Assembly: GCA_963815115.1 (NCBI GenBank)
Contig: CAWFFN010000012.1
Span: 800,001 to 864,000 of the forward strand
DNA length: 64,000 bases
DNA from: an uncultured delta proteobacterium
Lineage (GTDB): Bacteria; Desulfobacterota; Binatia; DP-6
Direction of reading: 5' to 3'
In this document: piece by piece, positions 20,520 through 29,924 of the stretch
Layout: each line of letters begins with the position of its first letter
How positions within the stretch are numbered: the first letter of the stretch is position 1
Made by a program: the position numbers and the translations under genes
The notes under the pieces: generated by a model
The model's input: the letters and a program-made list of their open reading frames with translations, nothing else
Database searches by the model: none
Told to the model about the DNA's origin: nothing

Positions 20520-20697
20520 CGAACGAGCTCCGCCCCGAGCTTCTCTCGCCAGCACGAGCGGCCCGGCATGGACCGCGTGCGCGGTTCTCGTCCGGCCCGA
20601 GAGTGGTGTCAACCGCGAAGCCGCGCTCGCCGGCGCGCCCGGCCGGGGCGCCGAGAGGACGCGAGCGCTTCGGCCACGTCCCCCCGGCGCAGCGCGC

Positions 20698-21576
20698 TCA
20701 GGCGCTCGCCGCGGTGCGGGCGCCTTCGGCCCGGTGCCAGTGCTCGCGCAGCGCCTCCGCCAGCTCCTCCGGCCGCTCCTCCGGGAAGAAGAGCTTGGCG
20801 TCGGGAAGCTCGATCACCCGGTCGGCACCCGCGATCGTGTCACGGAGCCAGTGTGCCCACTCGATACCGAAGAAGATGTCGCCGGTGCCCCAGACGACCA
20901 GCGTCGGGGCCGTCAGACGCCGGAGCTGCGGCTCGGCCGCGACGTTCGAGTGGCAGTCGATCGCCAGGATGAAGCGCTCGAGGTCCTTCGTGCGCTCGGG
21001 GGACGCGAACAGCGGCTCGACGTACCCGCGCAGCGTGTCCGCGCTCAGGCGCTCGGGGTGCTCGTAGCCGATGGCGAACTGGGCGCGGGCGTCCTCGACG
21101 TCGGCGAGCATGCGGCGGCCGATCTCGGGCAGCAGCCCCTCCCGGGCCGCCACCATCATCGGCTCGGCCGCGGGCGGCGGGAAGTTGTCGTGCACGTCGC
21201 CGTTGGTGAGGGTCAGGCTCCGGACGCGCGAGGGGTTGCGCGCCGCGAAGAGCTGCGCGATGGCCGTGCCGCTGTCGTTGGAGACGACGTCGACCCGGTC
21301 GAGCCCGAGCCGATCGCAGAGCGCCACCAGCATGGCCGCCTGCGCGTCGAACGAGAGGTCCTGATCGGGGCGCGCGCGCGTCCCGCCGTGCGCCATCAGG
21401 TCGACGGCGATGCAGCGCCGGACGTCGGCGACGCGATCGATGACCGGGCGCCACAGGTCGCCGTTCAGGAAGACGCCGTGGACGAAGAGGGCGGCCGGGC
21501 CGGCTCCGCGCTCGGTGTACGCGATGTCTCCGAAGGGCGTCGTGGCGTACATTCGGTCTTTCGGGCGATTCTCCAT
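20698..21576 (-). CDS. Alpha/beta hydrolase with Asp nucleophile (haloalkane dehalogenase/epoxide hydrolase-like)
   Basis: 'FVHGVFLNGDLW', 'AVDLMAHG', nucleophile elbow 'SNDSG', 'PTLVVWG'; GGAGG precedes the ATG at 21576. Confidence 0.85.
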   Translation of the reverse strand: MENRPKDRMYATTPFGDIAYTERGAGPAALFVHGVFLNGDLWRPVIDRVADVRRCIAVDLMAHGGTRARPDQDLSFDAQAAMLVALCDRLGLDRVDVVSNDSGTAIAQLFAARNPSRVRSLTLTNGDVHDNFPPPAAEPMMVAAREGLLPEIGRRMLADVEDARAQFAIGYEHPERLSADTLRGYVEPLFASPERTKDLERFILAIDCHSNVAAEPQLRRLTAPTLVVWGTGDIFFGIEWAHWLRDTIAGADRVIELPDAKLFFPEERPEELAEALREHWHRAEGARTAASA

Positions 21577-21622
21577 GCGATCCTCCATGCGGTGGAATCC
21601 GCCGGGCGGCGCTGCTAAGCGA

Positions 21623-21665
21623 TACCGACCGACAGTCGGTCTGGCTTTACCGACCGACTGTCGGT
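21623..21665. promoter_or_regulatory. Tandem TetR operator pair
   Basis: Two copies of TACCGACCGAC(A/T)GTCGGT 25 bp apart, each containing the palindrome ACCGAC-W-GTCGGT, between the divergent hydrolase and TetR genes. Confidence 0.85.
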
Positions 21666-21678
21666 ATGTCAAGAGCGA

Positions 21679-22272
21679 ATGAGCAAGAAGGCCGAACAGG
21701 GGCAGGAGACCCGCCGGGAGCTGATCGCCATCGCGACCCGGCTCTTCGTCGCGCACGGCTACCACGGGACGTCGATCGACGCCGTCCTGCGCGAGGCGGG
21801 CATCAGCCGCGGCGCGCTCTACCACCACTTCGACGGCAAGGACGCGCTGTTCGAGGCCGTTCTCGACCGGGTCGAGGCCGACGTCGCCGAGCGCGTCGCG
21901 AAGGCGGCCCGGGGCGTCGACGATCCCGTCGAGGCGCTGCGCGCGGGGAGTCACGCCTGGCTCCGGCTCGCCCGCGACCCGGCCGTGCGCCAGATCGCGC
22001 TGGTCGACGCCCCCTCGGTCGTGGGCTGGGAGAAGTGGCGCGAGATCGACGAGCGCTATGCGTTCGGGCTGCTCAAGGGCGCGCTCGGCGCGGTCGCCGC
22101 CAGCGGGCGGGTGCGGAAGGAGCTCGTCGACGTCCTGGCACACATGCTGCTGGCCGCGCTCGCCGAGGTGGCGCTCGTCATCGCCCGGGCGAAGGACGCC
22201 AAGGCCGCGGTGCGCACCGGCCAGGCCGCGGTCGACGAGCTGCTCGACGGCCTGTTCGGCCCCGGCGCGTGA
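21679..22272 (+). CDS. TetR-family transcriptional regulator
   Basis: HTH 'TSIDAVLREAGISRGALYHHFDGKDALF'; 'LVDAPSVVGWEKWREID'. Confidence 0.9.
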   Translation: MSKKAEQGQETRRELIAIATRLFVAHGYHGTSIDAVLREAGISRGALYHHFDGKDALFEAVLDRVEADVAERVAKAARGVDDPVEALRAGSHAWLRLARDPAVRQIALVDAPSVVGWEKWREIDERYAFGLLKGALGAVAASGRVRKELVDVLAHMLLAALAEVALVIARAKDAKAAVRTGQAAVDELLDGLFGPGA

Positions 22273-22309
22273 GGCGGCGAGGGCGCGTCGGGCGCCCCCG
22301 CCGTCTCAC
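22269..22309. terminator. Long hairpin between convergent genes
   Basis: GTGAGGCGGCGAGGGCGC-GTCGG-GCGCCCCCGCCGTCTCAC, an ~18-bp imperfect stem. Confidence 0.55.
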
Positions 22310-22320
22310 GGGCGGACACG

Positions 22321-23628
22321 TCAGAGATCAGGGCACAGCCAGGGCTTGGCCTTGCAGGTCGGAGGAATGTCGTCGATCACCTGCACCCTCGACAGGTGGA
22401 TGGTCCGGACGGCCACCGCCTGGTAGCCGTCCGCATCGGTCACGGTCAGCACGAGATTGCGCTGGACGGTCTCCCCGACGTCGACGTTCGGGAGGTTCCA
22501 GGTCATGGTCGGGTGGTTCGTGCCGGTGACGGGCGTGGCGTTCAGCGAAGTCCAGCTGTAGCTGAGCGGCGGGCGCAGGTCGGTGGCCTGCGCGGTGTAG
22601 GTGGCGGAGAAGGGGAGGTCGGGCTCCTGCTCCACCGAGTAGTCGCCGTAGAAGGTCACCCACGACTGCCGGTCCTTCAGGGTCCATGTGCCGGCGAGCG
22701 TGAGGCCGCTGCCGTCGTACGCGTTGATGCGCGTGTAGCTGAAGACCGCCTTCAGCGGCGTCTGGGGCACGAGCACGGATCGCGGAACCATCTGGGCGAT
22801 CTTGCAGCCCGGCCCGGCGTCGATGATGTCGCCGAGCGAGCCTCCCGCGCCGCCCGTGAGCGAGGCGAGGATGGTGTCGATGGTCGTCTCGGTCGGCTCC
22901 GCCCAGGTCGACGTGTCGCAGTTGATGCTGCCGTACTGGTTGACGGTCAGGAAGTCGTAGATGTGGAGCCGGAAATCGGTGTTCGAGAAGAGGCCATCGT
23001 ACCAGCCGTCGAGGCCGAGATCGACGACCGCCCGCCCGTAGTAGTCCGAGTTCGTGTAGTCGAGCACGAAGTTGCCGTTGAGATGGACGTCCCCGTCCGG
23101 GTCGGGATAGCCGTCGTCGTCCAGCGTCCGCGGCTGATCCTGCACCCGGATGCTCACCAGCCGGCGGATGCCCTGGGGGTGGAACTGGAACCCGAAGGTC
23201 TCGCTGCCCGCGATGACGCTCTGCTGGCCGAGCCCGACGTTGCGCGCGGTCGCGGTGTCGGTGCTGCCATAGCTTCCGGGCGGGTAGAGCCAGGCGCCGA
23301 AGAGCTGCTTTCCGTTGACGCAGGTCGACCGGACGTCGGGGTTGGGCGCCGGATCGTCGTGGTGGATGTCGAGGCTCCGCATGGCGCTGACGACGCTCGT
23401 GCGGAGCCCGTCCGCGAATGTCGGCGCCGCGCCGTTCAGGCAGGCCGAGAACTGCACCACGATGTCCGGCTGCGACACGTACTGGGGGGGCGGCGGCGGT
23501 GGGAGAGAGATGGTGCCGGTGGTGCAGGGTGGGTCGGGACAGGCGGCCTTCAGCGCATGCGCCGCGCCGGCCAGCCCCAGCACCACCCCCAGGATCGGCA
23601 CCGTGTATCGATTCATTGTCTTGGACAT
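22321..23628 (-). CDS. Secreted hypothetical protein with C-terminal PKD/Ig-like domain
   Basis: AAGGAG RBS, signal peptide, poly-Pro stretch, 'LSYSW...LTVTDADG' PKD-like motif, and tail 'PPTCKAKPWLC'. Confidence 0.75.
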   Translation of the reverse strand: MSKTMNRYTVPILGVVLGLAGAAHALKAACPDPPCTTGTISLPPPPPPQYVSQPDIVVQFSACLNGAAPTFADGLRTSVVSAMRSLDIHHDDPAPNPDVRSTCVNGKQLFGAWLYPPGSYGSTDTATARNVGLGQQSVIAGSETFGFQFHPQGIRRLVSIRVQDQPRTLDDDGYPDPDGDVHLNGNFVLDYTNSDYYGRAVVDLGLDGWYDGLFSNTDFRLHIYDFLTVNQYGSINCDTSTWAEPTETTIDTILASLTGGAGGSLGDIIDAGPGCKIAQMVPRSVLVPQTPLKAVFSYTRINAYDGSGLTLAGTWTLKDRQSWVTFYGDYSVEQEPDLPFSATYTAQATDLRPPLSYSWTSLNATPVTGTNHPTMTWNLPNVDVGETVQRNLVLTVTDADGYQAVAVRTIHLSRVQVIDDIPPTCKAKPWLCPDL

Positions 23629-23796
23629 TGCGACTCCTTTTCCTTGCTCGATCCGAGTCGGCTGGTTTTGCGATCGTCGATTGCCGATCGCGCCGCTCCC
23701 ATCCCCGGTGTGAGGGTGCGGTGCACGATGGTTCGGTGGGATGCGCGCGCGAGCGCACCGGTCCGTCGATGATCCGATGAGCCGAGTTGCGCGTAG

Positions 23797-26700
23797 TCAA
23801 CCAGAGGCCCGGCGCTGCCCGACGCGGTGCACGAGCTGGTAGAACGTCGGCAGCGCGAGCAGCGTGAACAGGGTCGACGTCACGAGCCCGCCGATCATGA
23901 CGACGGCGAGCGGACGCTCGATCTCCGTCCCGTGCAGGTGCAGCACGAGGAGCGGCAGGAGTCCGAGGATCGCCGTCGCGGCCGTCATCACCTTCGGGCG
24001 CACGCGTCCGATGCTCGCTTCGCGCAGCGCCACGTCGAACGAACTGCCTTCGGCCATCAGCGTCCGTGTCTGCGTCACCAGGACGAGACCGTTCTGGACC
24101 GCGATGCCGAGGAGGCCGATGAGCCCGACCAGCGACGAGACGTTCCAGGTCTCGCCGGCCAGGAGCAGCGCGAGGATCGCGCCGACGAACGCGTCGGGGA
24201 GGGTCGCGAGGATGACGAGCGCTTCGGCCAGCGAGCCGAGGGCCAGGTAGAGCAGGACGGAGACGGCGAGCAGCGCGATGGCGATGGCCATGAGCAGCGA
24301 ACGCGAGGCGCGGGCCTGGGTCTCGACGCGTCCGCCGACGTCGAGGAAGTAGCCCGTGGGGAGGCGAAGCTCCTTCGCGAGTCGCCGCCGCACCTCGCCG
24401 GCCGCCCCGAGCAGGTCCCGCCCCTCGACGCTCGCCTCGACGGCGATCCGCCGGCTGCCGGCCTCGCGCCGGATGCTGGCGGGGCCGAGCGTCTCCTCGA
24501 TGGTCGCGAGCTTGCCGAGCGGGATGCGCGTGCCGTCGTGCCCGTCGATGAGGAGGCTCCGGATTCCGGCGAGATCGGCGCGGTAGTGGTCCTGCAGGCG
24601 CACGACGAGTGCGAACCGGCGCTGTCCCACCCAGACCTCCGACATCTCCTCTCCGGCAAGTCCGATGCGGAGAGCGCGAATCACGTCGCCCGGGGTGAGG
24701 CCGGCGCGGGCGGCGGCGGCGCGATCCACCGTGATGCGGAGCTGGGGAAGATCCGTCAGGCGCTCCACGCGCAGGTCGGCCAGCCCCTCGACGCCCTCCA
24801 TCACGCGCCGCGCCTGGTCTCCGAGTCGCGCCAGCTCGTCGAGATCGCGTCCGAAGATGCGGACGGAGAGATCGGCCGACGTTCCGCCCAGGCCCTCGTC
24901 GATCCGCATTCCGAGCGGCGTCGTGAAGAGGAAGGACACGCCGGGCACCTCGGCGAGCCGGAGCCGCATCCGGTCGCGCAGCTCGTCGAGCGACGCCGTG
25001 CGCTCCGGCCGGAGAACCACCAGGGTGTCGGAGAGCGTGTGCGGCATGGGATCCTCGGTCCGCTCTGCCCGGCCGGTCCGGCGGACGACGTCCTCGACCT
25101 CCGGAAAGCCGCGCAGGATGTCCTCGACCCGGTGGTTCGAGCGGTCCACCTGCTCGATCGACGCTTCGGGGGGCAGCGTCGTCTGGATGAGCAGCGCGCC
25201 TTCGTCGAGCCGCGGCATGAAGTCCGAGCCCACGCGCGAGGCGAGGAGCAGGGCAGGGATCGTGATCGCGAGCGTACCGAGGCGGACTGCGCCCGCGTGC
25301 CGCAGGCAGACGTCCAGGAGCGGAGCGTACGCGCTCTTCAGACGCCGGATGATCCAGACGTCCTCGGGCGTGTCGGGAGGGCGCGGCCGGAGCACGAGGC
25401 CGCCCAGCGCCGGAACCAGCGTGAGGGCGAGGACGAGCGACGCGGAGACCGCCGCGACGACGGCGGCGGCAAGCGGCCGGTACATCCGGCCCTCGATGCC
25501 CGTCATGCTGAAGAGGGGCAGGAAGACCGCGACCACGATGAGCGTCGCGAACGCGATGGGCCGGCCGACCTCGACCGCTCCCTCGACGGCGCGCTGCCGT
25601 CGCGAGTCCCGATCGTGTGACGCGGACAGGCGGTGCACGATGTTTTCCGTCACGATGATCGCGGCGTCCACCAGGAGCCCGACGGCGATCGCGAGGCCGC
25701 CGAGCGTCATCGCGTTGAGGCCGATCCCCGCCGGCCGCAGGAGGAGACCCGAGAGTCCGACGGAGAGCGGGATGGTCGCCGTCACCACCAGGGCGGCGCG
25801 GAGATCGCCCAGCAGCGTGACGAGCGCGACGACGACCAGGAGCGCGCCCAGCAGGACGGCTCGGCCGACTCCGCCGAGCGCCCCCTGCACGAGCTCCGAC
25901 TGGTCATAGGCGATGCGGAGCTGCACGCCGCGCGGGAGCGTGTGGCGGATGTCCTTCACGGCCTCCCGGATGCCGGCCGCGACGGTCACCGTGTCCGCGC
26001 CGAACTGCTTGATGACCCGGCACGCGACGACCTCACCGGCCAGACGGTGGGCGATCCCGCGGCGGACGGCCGGAGCCTCCCGGACATCCGCCACGTCGCC
26101 GAGCAGGACGGGGATGGTGCCCCGGATCGCCACCACGGTCTCGCGGAGATCCTCCGGAGTGTTGATCCGCCCGACTCCTCGTACCGTCCATTCGGTCGCT
26201 CCCTGGACGACGAAGCCACCGGCCGCATTCACGTTCGCGCCCTCGACCGCGTGCAGCACCTCGTCGAGCGTGACGTCCCGCGCCGCCATCCGCTCGGGGT
26301 CGAGCTGCACCTGGTACTGGCGCAGGTAGCCTCCGAGGCGGTCGATGGCCGCGACGCCCGGCACCGCAAGCAGCCGGTTCTTCACCTCGAACTCGGCGAG
26401 GTCCCGCAACGTCATCAGGTCCGCGACTCCGGGCTCCGCCTCCAGGGTCACCTCGAAGATCTCGTTGAGGCGTCCCGTGAGGCTCGAGACGAGCGGTGTG
26501 TCGGTGCCGGGAGGCAGCTGGCCGACGACCTGGCTGACGCGCTCGCTCACCAGCTGGCGCGAGCGGAAGTAGTCTGCGTCGGGCTCGAACTCGATCGTCA
26601 CCTGCACGACGCCGAGCTGCGACGTCGAGCGCACCCGGCGGATGCCGGGGAGCCCGGCGAGCGCGACCTCGAGCGGAATCGCGATGCCGGTCTCCAGCTC

Positions 26701-26907
26701 CTCCGGTCCCATCGCCGGGTTCTGCGCGATGACGTTGAAGACCGGCGTGGCGAGGTCGGGGAAGACGTCGCGCGGCAGGTCCCTGAGCCAGATGGCCCCG
26801 AGCAGGCTTCCCGCGAGAGCGAGGACGAGGGCGAGTCCCGGACGCCCGGACGAGCGACGGATCAGGCGCTCCACGATGCCCGCCTTCGTCCGGGGTTCAG
26901 TGCTCAT
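23797..26907 (-). CDS. czcA: Heavy-metal efflux RND permease (CzcA/CusA family)
   Basis: 1036 aa; 'DVFPDL', 'TLGGLAIAVGLLVDAAIIVTENI', 'GIEGRMYRPLA', 'FMPRLDEG', 'RVRPKVMTA', 'PLAVVMIGGL'. Substrate not determinable from sequence. Confidence 0.92.
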   Translation of the reverse strand: MSTEPRTKAGIVERLIRRSSGRPGLALVLALAGSLLGAIWLRDLPRDVFPDLATPVFNVIAQNPAMGPEELETGIAIPLEVALAGLPGIRRVRSTSQLGVVQVTIEFEPDADYFRSRQLVSERVSQVVGQLPPGTDTPLVSSLTGRLNEIFEVTLEAEPGVADLMTLRDLAEFEVKNRLLAVPGVAAIDRLGGYLRQYQVQLDPERMAARDVTLDEVLHAVEGANVNAAGGFVVQGATEWTVRGVGRINTPEDLRETVVAIRGTIPVLLGDVADVREAPAVRRGIAHRLAGEVVACRVIKQFGADTVTVAAGIREAVKDIRHTLPRGVQLRIAYDQSELVQGALGGVGRAVLLGALLVVVALVTLLGDLRAALVVTATIPLSVGLSGLLLRPAGIGLNAMTLGGLAIAVGLLVDAAIIVTENIVHRLSASHDRDSRRQRAVEGAVEVGRPIAFATLIVVAVFLPLFSMTGIEGRMYRPLAAAVVAAVSASLVLALTLVPALGGLVLRPRPPDTPEDVWIIRRLKSAYAPLLDVCLRHAGAVRLGTLAITIPALLLASRVGSDFMPRLDEGALLIQTTLPPEASIEQVDRSNHRVEDILRGFPEVEDVVRRTGRAERTEDPMPHTLSDTLVVLRPERTASLDELRDRMRLRLAEVPGVSFLFTTPLGMRIDEGLGGTSADLSVRIFGRDLDELARLGDQARRVMEGVEGLADLRVERLTDLPQLRITVDRAAAARAGLTPGDVIRALRIGLAGEEMSEVWVGQRRFALVVRLQDHYRADLAGIRSLLIDGHDGTRIPLGKLATIEETLGPASIRREAGSRRIAVEASVEGRDLLGAAGEVRRRLAKELRLPTGYFLDVGGRVETQARASRSLLMAIAIALLAVSVLLYLALGSLAEALVILATLPDAFVGAILALLLAGETWNVSSLVGLIGLLGIAVQNGLVLVTQTRTLMAEGSSFDVALREASIGRVRPKVMTAATAILGLLPLLVLHLHGTEIERPLAVVMIGGLVTSTLFTLLALPTFYQLVHRVGQRRASG

Positions 26908-28102
26908 GCTGATCCCCCTCGCCGCGGGACTTCTCGGCCTGCGCCTTCAGCAGGAAGGCGCCGTCCACGACGACCTCCTCTCCCGCCCGGATGCCAGAGA
27001 GGATCTCGACGGCTCCGCCGAGGTCGCGGCCCCGTCCGACGATCCGGACCTCGAACGTCCCCGCGCCACGCGGCACGAAGACGCACCAGCCTCGGGCCAG
27101 CCGTTGCAGCGCCGGCGCCGGCACGGCGAGGACGCTGGGCGCCTGATCCTCGACGGGGAGGGTGGCCGTGGCCGACATCCCCGGCCGGAGGATGTCGTCG
27201 CGGTTCTCGATCTCGACACGCACGGTGACCGTCTTCGATTGCGCCTCGACCTGGCGTCCGACGTTGGTGACCGGACCCGCGAAGGTGCGACCGGGAAGCG
27301 CCGCGAAGACGACGCGTGCCGTGGAGCCCGGCGCGAGGCGCACGGCGTCGCGCTCGAATGCGTGAACGGTCAGCCACAGCCGGGAGAGGTCGGCGATGCG
27401 GTAGAGCGGGCGGCCGGGCTCGGCCATCTCCCCCTGCGCCCCGCTGCGCTCGATCACGGTGCCCGCCATCGGCGACCGCAGGAGGAACGTGGAACTCTCA
27501 CGGCGAGACACCTGGGCGTTTCCCGGCGCGATGCCGAGGGCGTTCAGCGCCGCTTCCGCCGCGGCGGCATCGGCCCGTGCCGTCGTGGCGGCGGCTTCGG
27601 CTTCCTCGAGCTCGCGCCCTGGCGCGATCTGCTCGGCCACGAGTGCGCGTTTGCGCGCCAGCGTCCGGAGCGCCAGCTCGAGCCGCGCCCGCGCCCCCAG
27701 CAGCTGCGCGCGTGCCTTCCCCAGCTCGGGACTCTGCAGCTCCACCAGTGGCTGGCCGGCGCTCACGCGGCTCGCCGGAGGGACGCGCATGCGGAGGATG
27801 CGGGCGGAGACGGGCGAGGAGACGATCGCGTAGGAGTCCTCGTCGGGCCCGAGATCACCGAGCACGGAGACGCCCTCGACGCCTTCCCGTTCCTCCGCCC
27901 GGGCGGTGGTGAGACGCAGATCGCGCAGCATGTCCGGCTCGATGCGCAGGAGGTCGCCGGCGGCTGGCCCGGGCTCCGAACGCTCCGGCGCCGCGTGGTC
28001 GCTCTCGACGTGCTCGTGCAGCTCGCTCGGGGCCTCGCCCTCGCGGCACGCGGAGAGGGCCGCGAGCAGACAGACGATCGGGAGAACGGCGATGGCCCTC
28101 AT
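26897..28102 (-). CDS. czcB: RND periplasmic adaptor (CzcB/CusB family), lipoprotein
   Basis: Lipobox LSAC, His-containing N-terminus, 'LRSPMAGTV', 'IADLSRLW', 'LRPGM', 'VVVDGAFLLK'. Confidence 0.9.
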   Translation of the reverse strand: MRAIAVLPIVCLLAALSACREGEAPSELHEHVESDHAAPERSEPGPAAGDLLRIEPDMLRDLRLTTARAEEREGVEGVSVLGDLGPDEDSYAIVSSPVSARILRMRVPPASRVSAGQPLVELQSPELGKARAQLLGARARLELALRTLARKRALVAEQIAPGRELEEAEAAATTARADAAAAEAALNALGIAPGNAQVSRRESSTFLLRSPMAGTVIERSGAQGEMAEPGRPLYRIADLSRLWLTVHAFERDAVRLAPGSTARVVFAALPGRTFAGPVTNVGRQVEAQSKTVTVRVEIENRDDILRPGMSATATLPVEDQAPSVLAVPAPALQRLARGWCVFVPRGAGTFEVRIVGRGRDLGGAVEILSGIRAGEEVVVDGAFLLKAQAEKSRGEGDQHEH

Positions 28103-29322
28103 CGCAGCACCCCCGCCATGGTCTCGAGGTCGAAGCGCGCGCGCGCCGCATCGAGCTGCCGGGCCGTGTAGGCGAGACGCGCGTCGAGAATCTCGCGACG
28201 CACGGCGAGGAGATCGGGGAGGTTGGTCTGTCCGAGCTCGTAGCTGCGGGTGGCCAGCCGGTCGCTCTCGTCGAGCAGCGGCAGCGCGTCCCGCTGGAGC
28301 TCCTCGACCGCGTCCACCTCCCGCTCGTACGCGTCGAGCGCGGCGCGCACGTCAGCGGCGGCGGCACGGCGGCCGGACTCGAGCGTCAGACGGAGTCGGC
28401 GCGCCCGCGCCGACGCGGTCGCCCGCTGCTCCTGGCCGGTGACGAACACCGGAAGGGTGATGCTCAGTCCGGCAAGCGGGACGTTCGCCTCTTCCTCCCG
28501 CTTGTAGCCGAGCCGCACGCCGACCTCCGGCCAGCGCGACGCTTCCCCGAGCTGTCTCTCGGCCTCGGCCTCGCGGAGCTCCGCGTCCAGCGCGCGGAAG
28601 TCCGGCCGATCCGTCACGATCTCGAGCAGGGAGCCGAGCCGGTACCTCGGCCGATCGTCGAGCGACCCGGTCACCGCCAGCGGCTCGTCCGGCTCGAGTC
28701 CCAGCAGCACCCGGAGGTCGCCGAGCGCGCGGGCCTGCTCAGCCTCGGCGTCGCGGACCTCGGCGCGTGCTCTCGAGGCAGCGATGCGGGCGGCATTGAC
28801 GTCGAGGATCGCCACCTCGCCGTTCCGGTGGCGCCGCTCGGCGATCCGCACGAGATCGGCGGCGATCTCCGACGCGCGCGTGCGCAGGCGGGTCTGCTCG
28901 CCGGTCGCGAGGCCCCGGGAGAACGCGACCGCCACCTCGCGCAGCAGCCGCCGCGTCTCGTCGTCGGCGCCGGCGCTCGCGCGGTCGACGCCGGCCTCGG
29001 CGCCGGCGATCCGGGCGCCCCGCTGGCCGGCCAGCTCGAGCCCCTGGCGCACGTCGAAGTCGACGTCGGTGCTGCGTCCCTGCCTGGAGAAGCTGGGACC
29101 GGCGGCCGCCTCGACGACCGGGTTCTGGCGCAGCAGGACCGATGCTCCCCGGAGCCGGCCACGGGCCTCCGCGACCCGCTCGCGGGCGGCGAGCACGGCG
29201 GGGGCGTGCTCCCTGGCGATGTCGAGCGCGCGCGCGAGGCTGAGCAGCTCGGCCGATCGCGCGCACGGTGCCGAGAAGCCGACGAGGACGCCGGTGAGTA
29301 CGAGCGTACGGAATGAGACCAC
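28099..29322 (-). CDS. czcC: TolC-family outer-membrane factor (CzcC-like)
   Basis: Signal peptide, 'QNPVVE', 'GLSITLPVF', 'SYELGQTNL'; overlaps the czcB start. Confidence 0.88.
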   Translation of the reverse strand: MVSFRTLVLTGVLVGFSAPCARSAELLSLARALDIAREHAPAVLAARERVAEARGRLRGASVLLRQNPVVEAAAGPSFSRQGRSTDVDFDVRQGLELAGQRGARIAGAEAGVDRASAGADDETRRLLREVAVAFSRGLATGEQTRLRTRASEIAADLVRIAERRHRNGEVAILDVNAARIAASRARAEVRDAEAEQARALGDLRVLLGLEPDEPLAVTGSLDDRPRYRLGSLLEIVTDRPDFRALDAELREAEAERQLGEASRWPEVGVRLGYKREEEANVPLAGLSITLPVFVTGQEQRATASARARRLRLTLESGRRAAAADVRAALDAYEREVDAVEELQRDALPLLDESDRLATRSYELGQTNLPDLLAVRREILDARLAYTARQLDAARARFDLETMAGVLR

Positions 29323-29462
29323 GGGTCACCTCTTTTGAACCCGGCGGGCGAAGCGCCGGGTGCGAGACCGATCACGACGGCGGCGCGGTCGAGGTCTCGA
29401 CCACGTCGCGGCGCCTGGAGGGCAGCGCGGAACGCGCTACCCGACGGCGAGACGTGAGCGGC

Positions 29463-29843
29463 TCAGCAGAGGCGAACGGCGGTGCCGAGCGCGCGCGGTG
29501 GGCTGGGCGGAGCGGGCCGCACCAGCGGCGACCGGCTCGCCTGCCACGCGGAGGCGGTGCGACCGCTCCGAGCGGCGAGCGCAAGCGGAGAGAGCGCGGG
29601 CGCGAGCGACGAGCTCCTCTCCTTGACCGCGCTCAGCCCGAGCGCAGTATCGACGCACCCGCCAGAGCATCGAGCATCCAGGCTCGGCCCGTCGGCGGGG
29701 GCCTTTGCCCCGCAGCAGGGCGCGTCGGTCACCTCGATCTCGCGGTGGCCGTCGCCGCCGAGGCAGAGGACGCGCCCGGTGAGGCCGGTCGTCGTCACCA
29801 GCAGCGCGAGCGCGACGGCGATGTGGGCGACCCTGCGGAGCAT
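29463..29843 (-). CDS. Small Cys/His-containing secreted protein upstream of czcC
   Basis: Signal peptide, then 'VLCLGGDGHREIE...CC...C...CVD'; same strand, directly upstream of the pump. Confidence 0.6.
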   Translation of the reverse strand: MLRRVAHIAVALALLVTTTGLTGRVLCLGGDGHREIEVTDAPCCGAKAPADGPSLDARCSGGCVDTALGLSAVKERSSSLAPALSPLALAARSGRTASAWQASRSPLVRPAPPSPPRALGTAVRLC

Positions 29844-29924
29844 GCCTCACGGAGTCGGTACCGGAACGCCGGCCCGGGAGCAAACCTCCTGGGCCGGCGG
29901 CGGCATGCAACCGGTTCTGGGAGA

